Positions 35,326 through 44,511 are shown, counted from the first letter of the stretch. The stretch is 64,000 bases of DNA from Dehalococcoidia bacterium (GCA_965197965.1 OZ240235.1:90621-154620); one strand, 5' to 3'. The notes: generated by a model from the letters alone, not told the origin. Numbers and translations are program-made.

Positions 35326-36713
35326 GGGATGAGCTTGCCCTCACCGAGCGTTCCCACCAGTTTGCGGTCCTCTATCATTACCTTGCCGCGCAGGGTCACG
35401 GTTACGGGCCAGCCTTCTATCTGCCAGCCCTCCCATGGGTTGTAATCGTAAAGGTGTAGGTCCTCCATTGAGAGCGTCTTCTTGATGTTGGGGTCTATTA
35501 TCGTAATGTCGGCGTCGCTGCCCGTGGCTATGGCGCCCTTTTGGGGGTAGAAGCCAAGTATTTTGGCGGGATTGGTCGACATGATATCGACGTAACGCTC
35601 CAAAGACATTCCTTGCTTCACCACGCCGTCCGAGTATGCTACCCCCATCCGGATTTCTATGCCTATGTTGCCGCCCTGGACGTCCACCACCGTTCTGCCC
35701 CTTGTCTTTCCGGCGTAATCCGTAGCTATGGCGTCAGTGGCCAGGATGCTCAGGTCTCCCACGATTAGGCCGTCCCAGAGCCGCAGCCTGTCCTCCTCCG
35801 ACTTTGTGGCAGGGTAGGTGTGGTATTTCATACCATCGGATTCTTTGTAGTTTTCGGAGTTGAAAGAGGCGTAGAGGAGGATGGTTTCGCCGTATACGGG
35901 GTATCCGCGCCTCCTCGATTCGGCTATGGCGTTCACGCCCTCCTTGGCGCTGGTGTGCACTATGTACATGGCGGAGCCGGTATGCTCGGCGGCGCGTATC
36001 ACCCGGCGTACCGACAGATCCTCCGACAGGTTGGTGCGGATCGTGGGAAGGTAATACCAGTCCCAGGTCTCGTTCTCAGCGGCCCTGGCGTAGTTGTACT
36101 GCACTATTTCGTCGTCTTCCGCATGAATGGCTACGATGCCGCCGTGCTCCGCGGTTTCCCGCATGATATCCACCAGCTGGCCCATGTCTATCATGGTGAC
36201 CGGCCGGTTTGGCCTTGGAGCGTGGTTAGTGGTGAATATCTTGACGCTGGGGAAACCAGCAGCTACGAGGTCCTTTATCTGCGAGATGGTCTGCGGATTG
36301 GCGTTCGGGCCCCGGTAGGTGCAATGAGCCGAGTAGTCTACGTACATCTTGTCTTGGAACATGGCCATGTGGTCTTGGACGGCTCTCACCATGTCTCCGT
36401 GCTTGGCATCGGTAACGCTGGCGAAGTCCATCATGGTGGTTGTGCCGCCCCAGAGCGCGCCCAGGGACAGGTCTTCCGGGCCGGCGGTGTTATTGCCCCA
36501 GCCGGGGGCCAAGTGGGGGAATCCCACGTGGGTATGCGCTTCTACGCCGCCGGGCACAACGATCTTGCCAGTGGCATCGATGGCTTTTTTTGTTTCGGGT
36601 AGGGCATCCGGCGTGGCTACGGCCACAATCTTCTCGCCAATGACGCCTATGTCCCACTGGCCGATGCCGGCCGGAGTCACAACATGTCCGCCTCTTATTG
36701 TTAGGTCAAGCAT
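35283..36713 (-). CDS. D-hydantoinase / dihydropyrimidinase family amidohydrolase
   Basis: GGVEAHTHVGFP metal-binding HxH region, about 476 aa, cyclic amidohydrolase architecture. AGGAGG RBS. Confidence 0.85.
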   Translation of the reverse strand: MLDLTIRGGHVVTPAGIGQWDIGVIGEKIVAVATPDALPETKKAIDATGKIVVPGGVEAHTHVGFPHLAPGWGNNTAGPEDLSLGALWGGTTTMMDFASVTDAKHGDMVRAVQDHMAMFQDKMYVDYSAHCTYRGPNANPQTISQIKDLVAAGFPSVKIFTTNHAPRPNRPVTMIDMGQLVDIMRETAEHGGIVAIHAEDDEIVQYNYARAAENETWDWYYLPTIRTNLSEDLSVRRVIRAAEHTGSAMYIVHTSAKEGVNAIAESRRRGYPVYGETILLYASFNSENYKESDGMKYHTYPATKSEEDRLRLWDGLIVGDLSILATDAIATDYAGKTRGRTVVDVQGGNIGIEIRMGVAYSDGVVKQGMSLERYVDIMSTNPAKILGFYPQKGAIATGSDADITIIDPNIKKTLSMEDLHLYDYNPWEGWQIEGWPVTVTLRGKVMIEDRKLVGTLGEGKLIPRKIAGDILTRPAV

Positions 36714-36718
36714 AGCTA

Positions 36719-36767
36719 CCTCCTGGCCCGTCTTGGCGCGGGCGGCCTTCAGCGAGGTGAGTAGAGG
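36719..36767 (-). pseudogene. relic duplicate of the 3' end of the DUF2277 gene
   Basis: Minus strand reads PLLTSLKAARAKTGQE; the live end reads LLTSLKTIHTKTG*. About 35/49 nt match 36838-36886. Conserved flanks are CCTCCT.GCC.GTCTTGG and TTCAGCGA. Confidence 0.5.
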
Positions 36768-36776
36768 TGCGCTTTG

Positions 36777-36836
36777 GTTATATGTCCGCTTGTCTGCCTG
36801 CGACGCAGATTCTTCGCTGCGCTCAGAATGACGGTT
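36777..36836 (+). repeat. 60-bp long REP unit (one of three near-identical copies)
   Basis: GGTTATATGTCCGCTTGTCTGCCTGCGACGCAGATTCTTCGCTGCGCTCAGAATGACGGT. Other copies at 10623-10682 and 44559-44618, same orientation. Confidence 0.85.
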
Positions 36837-36841
36837 TCCTC

Positions 36842-37057
36842 CTAGCCTGTCTTGGTATGTATGGTCTTCAGCGAAGTAAGCAGGGCCTGGGACGCCAGAC
36901 TTATCTCATCGATCGCTTGATTGAAAGCGGTCTCATTGGCTCGCGAGGGCTTGGCATAGCCGCTGATCTTGCGCACGAATTGCAGCGCGGCGGCGCGCAC
37001 GTCTTCGTCATTGACCGTGGCGTCCGGGCTGCGCAGCTTCTTGATACTTCGGCACAT
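36842..37057 (-). CDS. DUF2277 domain protein
   Basis: MCRSIKKLRSPDATVNDEDVRAAALQFVRKISG matches the DUF2277 N-terminal pattern. Confidence 0.7.
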   Translation of the reverse strand: MCRSIKKLRSPDATVNDEDVRAAALQFVRKISGYAKPSRANETAFNQAIDEISLASQALLTSLKTIHTKTG

Positions 37058-37114
37058 GGAAGCTCCTAAATTAGCGTTTTGGTTAGCTATTTGTATCTTG
37101 CGTATCTGTGCAAC

Positions 37115-38467
37115 ATGCCTATACTACAGCAAGTGGCAATAGAGCAGAACTCCACAGAACCCGCCACCCAGGTTAGGCCGGGTCGAGTCTTCTACGGTTG
37201 GTACATTGTTGCGGCTGGCACCATCACCAGCTTTGTCAACATGGCCGTATTCATGGTTGGCCTTTCTATTTTCATCAAAGACATCCGCGATGAGATGGGC
37301 TGGTCCCTTACCGCCATCTCCTTAGGCTTCTCTCTAAAGCAGCTCGAAACAGGTATCTTGGCTCCCGTTTCCGGCTACTTGATAGACCGTGTTGGCCCTA
37401 GAATCATGGCGGCCTCCGGGAACGTGGTGATGACGATAGGGCTGCTCCTCTTCGCCAACATGGACTCTGTATGGGAGTTCTATATTGCCTCGTTGGTAAT
37501 AGCGCTGGGCCAGGGTATGGGCGCCCACATGGCGTACATAACGCCTGTAATGCACTGGTTCCACCGCAAGCGTGGATTAGCTTCCTCTTACATTGCCATG
37601 GGTCGTGGGTGGGGCTACGTAGGCTCGTTGCCTATCACCATCCTACTGGTGATCTTTGGATGGCGTGAAGCGGCCACCATTGCCGCCATAGCGTTCCTGG
37701 TCATAAATTTCCCCATGGCGCTGCTGCTCAGGGCGCGGCCGGAACCGTATGGCTGGCTGCCGGACGGGGCGACCGTGCCGCCCCAGGTCTCGAGCGGTCC
37801 CGGATCAAAGGGGCAAGGCCAAGAAGGTGGGAGCTACTCGGTGAAAGACGCCATGAAAATGGCATCTTTCTGGCTTGTGCTGCTGGCCAACGCCGTCTAC
37901 AGCTTCGGCACCTCCACCAACCACGTACATTTTATTTACCATCTGCGCAACACGGGATTTACGGCTCTTTCCGCGGGAGTGATTGTTTCCATCTACGGCG
38001 CGGTGCAGGTATTTGGCCGCCTGGCCAGCGGCTCGATTGGTGATAAGGTAGGGAGACATAGGCTGCTCATGTACAGCTTTGTTTTGATGGGTATAGGCTG
38101 GGTTGCCATTTCTATGATCACCCCAAGCACCCTCTGGGCCGTTGGGTTGTACTACCTGGCTTACGGCTTGGGGCAAGCGGCTCATACCGTGACGCAACAG
38201 ACCATAGTGGCCGACTTCTTTGGGCCGAGGAGATATGCTACGTTGCGCGGAATAATGAACCCGATCAGTGTGGGCGGCGGCGTTCTGGGCCCATTGTTTG
38301 CCGGGAGGATGTTTGATGCCCAGGGTTCCTATCAGTTGGCCTTCTTCATCATGGGTCCGCTGGTAGCCCTGGGTGCACTCGCCATTTTCCTGGCAGGCAA
38401 ACCCGGGCTGGTAGAGGATCCCTTGGAAGCAAGGAAAGCTGCCAGCACTGTGAGTGCAAAGGAGTAG
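37115..38467 (+). CDS. MFS transporter
   Basis: About 12 TM segments; GYLIDRVGPR loop motif. First ATG at 37115 preferred over TTG 37079. Confidence 0.8.
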   Translation: MPILQQVAIEQNSTEPATQVRPGRVFYGWYIVAAGTITSFVNMAVFMVGLSIFIKDIRDEMGWSLTAISLGFSLKQLETGILAPVSGYLIDRVGPRIMAASGNVVMTIGLLLFANMDSVWEFYIASLVIALGQGMGAHMAYITPVMHWFHRKRGLASSYIAMGRGWGYVGSLPITILLVIFGWREAATIAAIAFLVINFPMALLLRARPEPYGWLPDGATVPPQVSSGPGSKGQGQEGGSYSVKDAMKMASFWLVLLANAVYSFGTSTNHVHFIYHLRNTGFTALSAGVIVSIYGAVQVFGRLASGSIGDKVGRHRLLMYSFVLMGIGWVAISMITPSTLWAVGLYYLAYGLGQAAHTVTQQTIVADFFGPRRYATLRGIMNPISVGGGVLGPLFAGRMFDAQGSYQLAFFIMGPLVALGALAIFLAGKPGLVEDPLEARKAASTVSAKE

Positions 38468-38472
38468 GTTAC

Positions 38473-40071
38473 ATGCCTAGAATGACCGGTGGACAAGCGC
38501 TGGCGAAATCGCTGCACCGCGAGGGTGTGCGGGTCATATTCGGCCTACCGGGCGTGCAGCTTTACCACGCTCTGGATCCGCTTTACGACGAGCCCAGCAT
38601 TCGTTGGATAACGACCAGGCATGAGCAGGCTACCGCCTACATGGCCGACGGTTTTTCCCGCGCAGGGGGCGGAATAGGGACGGCTATGGTAGTCCCGGGC
38701 CCGGGCCTGCTCAACGCCACCGCCGGCATTGGTACGGCTTATGCCGCATCGTCGCCGATACTGGTTGTGTCCGGTCAGGTACAGAGAGAGTTGATCGGAG
38801 TCAACAGAGGGGTCCTTCACGAGGTGCACGAACAGCTCGATACCATAAGGCCGATCACCAAGTGGGCGCATAGGGTCTTGGACCCCGCGGAGATTCCTCA
38901 AGCCGTGCACGAGGCCTTCTACCAGCTTAAGACCGGCCGTCCCAGGCCTGTCGAGATCGAGATACCGCCGGAAACGCTTGCCGAAGAAGCAGACGTAGAG
39001 CTCCGCGAACCTGGCGACTACCGGCGCGGCGCGGCCAGCGATGAAAGCGTGCAGAACGCGGCGCGGTTGCTGGTTGAAGCCGGGAGGCCGCTGATATGGG
39101 CGGGTGGAGGAGCTATATCTTCGGGCGCGTCGGAGATACTGGTCAGGCTGGCGGAGCATCTGCAGGCTCCGGTCGTGACTACCGGCGAGGGCAAAGGCGC
39201 CATATCGGACAGGCATTACCTGTCTCTTGGAGTACCCAGAGCGCCGGGTGATCCGCTGGCAACGGAGATGCAGAAACATGACCTGGTACTGGCCGTGGGC
39301 ACAAGGCTGGCCGTTCCCAGTCTGTTGAATGGACCGGTTGTGCAAGTGGATATAGACGCCGAGGAGATAGGCCGCAACTATGAGAACACCGTAGGTGTGG
39401 TAGGGGATGCCGGACTCACCCTGGAAGCGCTGTACAGGGCGGTTTCCACGGCAGCCCCGCCGCGGCCCAGCCGGCAGTCGGAGATGGAAGAGGTCAAGGC
39501 AAGAATAGCTGCGGAGTCGCGCAGGATTGAGCCTCAGGACTCGTTCAACTCCGCAATTCGCGCCGCAATACCGGACGACGGCATACTTGTGGCAGGGATG
39601 ACCCAGTTGGGTTACTACTCGCGGCCGTACTATCCTGTCTATGAGCCGGGCACGTATCTCAATTCGTCGTATTTTGGCAATCTGGGGTTTGCTTACCCCG
39701 TGGCGCTTGGGGCAAAAGTGGCCCAGCCGGACAAGGTGGTGGTGGCCGTCTCCGGAGACGGCGGTTTTCTGTATAACTCGCAGGAGTTGTCCACCGCGGT
39801 CAAATACGGTATCAACGTGGTAACGGTTGTCTTCAACGACAACGCTTACGGCAATGTCTTGCGTGATCAGATGAACCGTTTCGATGGTCGTACCGTTGGC
39901 GCGGAGCTGCACAACCCTGACTTCGTCAAGCTGGCTGAGGCCTATGGCGCGCGCGGCGTCAGGGTAGGGGGCGCCGATGAACTGGAAAGGGCACTGGTCG
40001 ATTCGTTTACTGCGCAAGCGCCCACACTGATCGAAGTGCCGGTGGGGATGATGCCGTCCCCATTTAGCTGA
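38473..40071 (+). CDS. thiamine-diphosphate-dependent enzyme (acetolactate synthase large-subunit-like)
   Basis: VIFGLPGVQLYHALD, TRHEQATAYMADGF and GDGGFLYNSQELSTA...NDN ThDP motif. Confidence 0.85.
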   Translation: MPRMTGGQALAKSLHREGVRVIFGLPGVQLYHALDPLYDEPSIRWITTRHEQATAYMADGFSRAGGGIGTAMVVPGPGLLNATAGIGTAYAASSPILVVSGQVQRELIGVNRGVLHEVHEQLDTIRPITKWAHRVLDPAEIPQAVHEAFYQLKTGRPRPVEIEIPPETLAEEADVELREPGDYRRGAASDESVQNAARLLVEAGRPLIWAGGGAISSGASEILVRLAEHLQAPVVTTGEGKGAISDRHYLSLGVPRAPGDPLATEMQKHDLVLAVGTRLAVPSLLNGPVVQVDIDAEEIGRNYENTVGVVGDAGLTLEALYRAVSTAAPPRPSRQSEMEEVKARIAAESRRIEPQDSFNSAIRAAIPDDGILVAGMTQLGYYSRPYYPVYEPGTYLNSSYFGNLGFAYPVALGAKVAQPDKVVVAVSGDGGFLYNSQELSTAVKYGINVVTVVFNDNAYGNVLRDQMNRFDGRTVGAELHNPDFVKLAEAYGARGVRVGGADELERALVDSFTAQAPTLIEVPVGMMPSPFS

Positions 40072-40099
40072 AATCAAAAGTTCAAGAAGGAGGATTGTT

Positions 40100-40660
40100 A
40101 TGGGAAGAATTGTAAAGCTCAAGGTAGAACCGATGGTTGAAGAGACCTTTGCACCGTTTGGGGAGCTGATGGACGCTAAGGAGCATCCGGCGGATGCCCG
40201 GCTGTTCTTCCCCGTTGGTTTCGAGGCCGACGTAAGCACCACGGTGAACGTCATCTGGCAGCCGTACGAGGGACTGCAGTTCACTCTGATGGAACGCCAT
40301 TTTGGTGTGACTCAGAGCTTCATACAGCTGTCGGGCGCGCCCGCCGTAGTCTGCGCCGCCGCTCCCACTGACCCGGACGATCCGTACGCCGTTCCCAAGC
40401 CGGAGGACATACACGCGTTCCTGATAAACCCGGAAAAGGGGTTCGCCTTTGGCAGGGGAACGTGGCATTCCCTAAATCGCTACATACTTTCTCCTCCAGG
40501 CGCAACGTTTGTGATTTTGAACTCGAATCCCAACCCTTCTCAACTAGTTGACTACAACGAGGGCAGCGGGCTTGTCTATACCGACCTGGGTACGGACACC
40601 AATCCCAAGAGGGTAGAGCTAGAGGGTGATTTCGGGATTACGTTTGAACTGACGCTTTAG
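40100..40660 (+). CDS. ureidoglycolate lyase (AllA-like cupin) family protein
   Basis: TFAPFGELM...ERHFGVTQSFIQL...GTWH pattern of PF04115. Confidence 0.65.
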   Translation: MGRIVKLKVEPMVEETFAPFGELMDAKEHPADARLFFPVGFEADVSTTVNVIWQPYEGLQFTLMERHFGVTQSFIQLSGAPAVVCAAAPTDPDDPYAVPKPEDIHAFLINPEKGFAFGRGTWHSLNRYILSPPGATFVILNSNPNPSQLVDYNEGSGLVYTDLGTDTNPKRVELEGDFGITFELTL

Positions 40661-40748
40661 GTTACGCTGCTGTGTAGAGGATGCGTGAGCGTCTGCGGAA
40701 GGGCCGGGGAAATCACGGGCATAGCTCTGCGTATAATACTGCCCAGAG

Positions 40749-40771
40749 GCGTTTGAATTGAAAGAACGGTG
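40749..40771 (+). repeat. 23-bp perfect direct repeat, copy 1
   Basis: GCGTTTGAATTGAAAGAACGGTG, identical to 41379-41401. Confidence 0.95.
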
Positions 40772-41366
40772 CGTTTAACCTCATGCTTCCGCTCGATGTT
40801 TCCATGCGTGTACACGGTCTTGGCGTACCTCTCGAATAATCTTAAGCTGGGGGTTTTGATGGATACTGAAACGTGTCATTGTGTTTTATTCTCCTACTGC
40901 TTTGGTGCGGTAGACTTGGATTCACCATTGCTGTCCGGTGTCTCCAAGCTGAACCGCCGCCAACGCTGGGTTCAAGCGTTCTGGCGTAAAGTCGGGCGTC
41001 GTGACGATGGCGGTGTGGCTCACTACCACCTGTCTCATGGGGCGGTTGTGGATTCCATGTATGGAATACTGGACGACTGGAAAGTGCGTGGGCTCAAAGA
41101 GAAGGATCGCCAATTCTGCTGCTATCGCCATACTCCGCGCTTTGACGATCTCGTGCTCATGGGGCAGCGGGGTGATGATGCCGCGCCGTCGGACTTCCTG
41201 CTGGAATCAATCGTCGTCTGTGTCTGCGAAGTGACCTGTGCTGACCGTCCATGTGGCTGTCGGGATAGGCAGCGTGACCTATGCCTGCAAGTGGAACAGG
41301 CCGGAGCTTGCCAAGAAGTCTGCTAAGGGCTGAATCTTTGAACAGGAGGGCATACGTAAGTGTATC

Positions 41367-41789
41367 TTGCCGGGGGAAGCGTTTGAATTGAAAGAACGGT
41401 GGTTGAATCATCCCCCTGCTTGTACATGCGTAGAGTGCACGAACAAGCGATTAGGTAGGAGACATCGGGCAGAGCGTGAGAGGCGTGAGCGAGAAGAACG
41501 TGTCCGCCAACGGCAAGAAGCCCAACGCCGTGTCGAGCGATTGGGCAGCGGGCCGAGATTGGCCCTTGGTTCACGACCGGAGGACTTTAGTGCCTTTGAG
41601 CGGTCATTCAAGCGTAGAGGTCGGCGATTCGCTTTTGGAAATGTCCTGGGCGTCTCCTTTTTCGTGGGCGTTGCAATCCTGACCGGAGCCGTTTCGGGTG
41701 TCCTGCTCATATATCCTATCCTTCCCGACGCAGCCGTTGGAGTGGCGACAGATATGCAGCAATGGGTCGGCAGGGTGTTTGGTCGCTGA
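41367..41789 (+). CDS. hypothetical membrane-anchored protein with a charged Arg/Glu-rich helix
   Basis: CTCVEC motif, RRHRAERERREREERVRQRQEAQRR, and C-terminal TM segment FAFGNVLGVSFFVGVAILTGAVSGVLLIY. TTG start uncertain. Confidence 0.4.
   Translation: MPGEAFELKERWLNHPPACTCVECTNKRLGRRHRAERERREREERVRQRQEAQRRVERLGSGPRLALGSRPEDFSAFERSFKRRGRRFAFGNVLGVSFFVGVAILTGAVSGVLLIYPILPDAAVGVATDMQQWVGRVFGR
41379..41401 (+). repeat. 23-bp perfect direct repeat, copy 2 (inside the 5' end of ORF 41367..41789)
   Basis: GCGTTTGAATTGAAAGAACGGTG, encodes AFELKERW of the ORF. Confidence 0.95.
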
Positions 41790-41807
41790 TTCTACTTGGG
41801 GTGAGTT

Positions 41808-42563
41808 GTGAGATTCCTGTTGTTCTGCGCACTTTTCATTCTAGGTGCCACTCTGGGCATAGCCGTAGTCCCACTGCTTCCAGATAGCGCTCAAGAACGG
41901 ATTGGCGATTTTCAGCAAGACTTTGCAGAGCGTGTCAGGCCGACGCCTATGCCTCGACCGACGGCTACTGCGACTCCGACAGCGACACCAAAGGTAGATT
42001 CGCAGACGACTGCAGAACCAGAACAAGCACAAGGCAAGTATCCGGGTGGCGCGCCTCTTGACATCTCCACAATCGAGTCCATGATCATTAGGCTCACGAA
42101 TGAGGAACGTCAACGGGCAGGCCTTGAATCGCTACAGCACGACCCGTCTATCTCGCAAATTGCCAAGATGCACAGCGAGGACATGATACTTCGCGGCTAT
42201 AGTCACGAACTCGGCGGCAGGGATCCTACCGACCGTGCTATGGACGCAGGTTATGATTGCCGCGCATATCTGCCGGATGGTAGCTACACCTACGGGCTCA
42301 GTGAGAACATCTCTAAGTATCCGAGGGTGAGAGTGTGGATTACTTCGACATGGAGCGGCACAAGGGTAGGTGAAGCGTACAGTACCGAGGAGATGGCAAT
42401 CGCACTGGTGCAGGGCTGGATGGACAGTCCAGGCCACCGGACGAATATCCTAGATAGGGACGCCCGTAGAATTGGCGTAGGCGTTGCTATAGAGAAGCAA
42501 GAGGAGTACGGCTACATCACAGAGACGGTATACGCCACGCAGAACTTCTCCACCTGTAGCTGA
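41808..42563 (+). CDS. CAP/SCP (PR-1-like, YkwD-type) domain protein with N-terminal membrane anchor
   Basis: LTNEERQRAGL...MHSEDM...GWMDSPGHRTNILDRDARRIGVGV are CAP-domain motifs. Confidence 0.8.
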   Translation: MRFLLFCALFILGATLGIAVVPLLPDSAQERIGDFQQDFAERVRPTPMPRPTATATPTATPKVDSQTTAEPEQAQGKYPGGAPLDISTIESMIIRLTNEERQRAGLESLQHDPSISQIAKMHSEDMILRGYSHELGGRDPTDRAMDAGYDCRAYLPDGSYTYGLSENISKYPRVRVWITSTWSGTRVGEAYSTEEMAIALVQGWMDSPGHRTNILDRDARRIGVGVAIEKQEEYGYITETVYATQNFSTCS

Positions 42564-42609
42564 GCGCAATACCTTAGAGCTCTCAGTGTTCATAGACTAG
42601 GGGGGACGG

Positions 42610-43518
42610 CTACTTGCCGCTGAACGTGGACAGCCTGGGGTCCAGGACGTCTCGCAGGGCGTCTCCGAAGAGGGTGAAGCCGAACACGGCGAGGCTCAAT
42701 GCTATGCCGGGGAAGATGGTGAGCCAGGGCGCTATCTCGAGATATTCGCGTGCGCCCTCTTGGAGCATACGCCCCCAAGAGGGGTCGGGGGGAGGCACGC
42801 CCAGGCCCAGGAAGCTGAGCGCTGCTTCCGCTATCACGGCCTCGGCCAGGTAGCCGGTGGCCAGCACTATGATGGGCGCCAGGCTGTTGGGCAGTATGTG
42901 CCTGATCATGATGCGGAAGGGCTTTACTCCAATGGACTGCGAGGCCACTATGTATAGCTCTTCACGCACGGATAGCGCCTGAGCCCGCGAAATGCGCACC
43001 ATGCGGGGAGTTAGTGCAACGACTATGGCGATGATTACGTTGGAGATGGATGAACCGAAGGCGGCGACTATGATGAGCGCCATAACCAGGGTAGGGAAGG
43101 CCATCAAGGCGTCCACCACTCTCTGCATCAGCAGGTCCGGTTTTCCGCCCAAATAACCGGAGGCTATTCCAATCAGCCCGCCCACCGCTGTGCTAAATGC
43201 CACGGAAATCAGTCCTAAGTACAATGAGACCCGCGTCCCGTAAATCACCCTGCTGAACATATCGCGTCCGAACCTGTCCGTGCCAAAGAGGAATTCGCTG
43301 CCTGGCGACTTCAGCCGGTTGGGTATGTCCTGCATCAGTGGATCACGTGCCGCAATCTGGTCGGCGAACAGGGCACTGACTATCATCAGCAACAGGATGA
43401 CGCCTCCCAGTGCGCCCAGGGGTTTGGCCTTTACAAACAGCCAGGCATTGTGCGTCCACCTGAAGACGGTGTTTAGAGACGGTTCATGGAGTTGAGGTAT
43501 GTCTGATGCTGTCTTCAT
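42610..43518 (-). CDS. ABC transporter permease (DppC/OppC-like)
   Basis: Typical N-terminal LFADQIAARDP region and EAA-like loop SQSIGVKPFRIMIRHILPN. Confidence 0.85.
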   Translation of the reverse strand: MKTASDIPQLHEPSLNTVFRWTHNAWLFVKAKPLGALGGVILLLMIVSALFADQIAARDPLMQDIPNRLKSPGSEFLFGTDRFGRDMFSRVIYGTRVSLYLGLISVAFSTAVGGLIGIASGYLGGKPDLLMQRVVDALMAFPTLVMALIIVAAFGSSISNVIIAIVVALTPRMVRISRAQALSVREELYIVASQSIGVKPFRIMIRHILPNSLAPIIVLATGYLAEAVIAEAALSFLGLGVPPPDPSWGRMLQEGAREYLEIAPWLTIFPGIALSLAVFGFTLFGDALRDVLDPRLSTFSGK

Positions 43519-43530
43519 TGCGCTGTCAAG

Positions 43531-44493
43531 CTACGTGGTGTAGGAGATGCGGGGGTCAAGTAGGACGTATATCAAGTCGATGACCAGGTTCACGCTCAAC
43601 ATGAGCAATACCAAGAGGACGGCCAGGCTCTGAATAACCGGGTAGTCACGCACGGTGACCGCTTGGACTATACCCCTGCCAACGCCGGGAACCAGGAAGA
43701 TGGACTCCAGGATTATGGCGCCGCTGACTAACGCGCCAACCTGAAGCCCGGCCACGCTTACCACCGGGATCAGAGAGTTGCGCAGGGTGTGCCTGAAGAC
43801 AATTGTAGGCCGATCTAGTCCCTTGCCATATGCAGTCCTGATATAGTCCTGCCGCAGCACTTCAAGCATGCTGGAGCGGGTTACGCGGGTCAGGTAGGAG
43901 CTGTATCCCCAGCCCAGCACCAGGGTAGGCCATATCATTATCTGGACATGGTTCCATGGATTGCTCCAGGGGTTGGTATATATGACGGGCGGCGACCAGT
44001 TGAAAAACAGGAGCAGACCCAGAATAACCAATAAGGCTGCCCAAAGACTTGGGATTGCCTGGCCGGAGATAGTAACAAACCGCACTATGTAATCAGGCCA
44101 TCTATCTTGCCACAATGCTGCGACCACCCCCAGCGGTACGGAGACAAAGAAGGAGAGCAGCAGGGCATAGGCGGTTAAGAGGAGAGTCACCGGGAGCTGT
44201 CTTGCCACAAGGCTGCGGATCTCTTCCCTATCCTCCAACGACCTTCCGCCAAAGCTGCCGTTTACCATGTCCCATACCCAGTTGCCGTATTGAACAATGA
44301 GAGGGTCTCTGAGGCCGAGCTCTTCTCGTACGCTTTCCAATTGTGCTGCGTCGTAGCCGGATTGGCCGGCTCCACCGAGGACCACGCCAACCACGTCACC
44401 CGGCAGGGCGCGCATCACGGTAAAGATGAGCAATGACGCTATTAGCAGAGTTGGTATGAAGAGGGCTAGACGCAGCAGCAGATATCTCTGCAA
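43531..44493 (-). CDS. ABC transporter permease (DppB/OppB-like)
   Basis: MQRYLLLRLALFIPTLLIASLLIFTVM start and RTAYGKGLDRPTIVFRHTLRNSL EAA loop. Confidence 0.85.
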   Translation of the reverse strand: MQRYLLLRLALFIPTLLIASLLIFTVMRALPGDVVGVVLGGAGQSGYDAAQLESVREELGLRDPLIVQYGNWVWDMVNGSFGGRSLEDREEIRSLVARQLPVTLLLTAYALLLSFFVSVPLGVVAALWQDRWPDYIVRFVTISGQAIPSLWAALLVILGLLLFFNWSPPVIYTNPWSNPWNHVQIMIWPTLVLGWGYSSYLTRVTRSSMLEVLRQDYIRTAYGKGLDRPTIVFRHTLRNSLIPVVSVAGLQVGALVSGAIILESIFLVPGVGRGIVQAVTVRDYPVIQSLAVLLVLLMLSVNLVIDLIYVLLDPRISYTT

Positions 44494-44511
44494 CGGGAAC
44501 TCCTATGGGGT

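Noticed and set aside
38545-40284. 579-aa minus-strand ORF, the longest antisense ORF in the track
   Set aside because: It lies entirely antisense to the well-supported ThDP enzyme and AllA-like genes. The sequence is Arg/Pro/Gly-rich and low-complexity with no motif, as expected for antisense frames in high-GC DNA.
40769-41326. 185-aa + strand ORF between the 23-bp direct repeats
   Set aside because: Odd Cys-rich composition, no RBS and no motif. It begins inside the degenerate copy of the downstream gene's 5' end. I treat the segment as decayed or non-coding rather than a gene.
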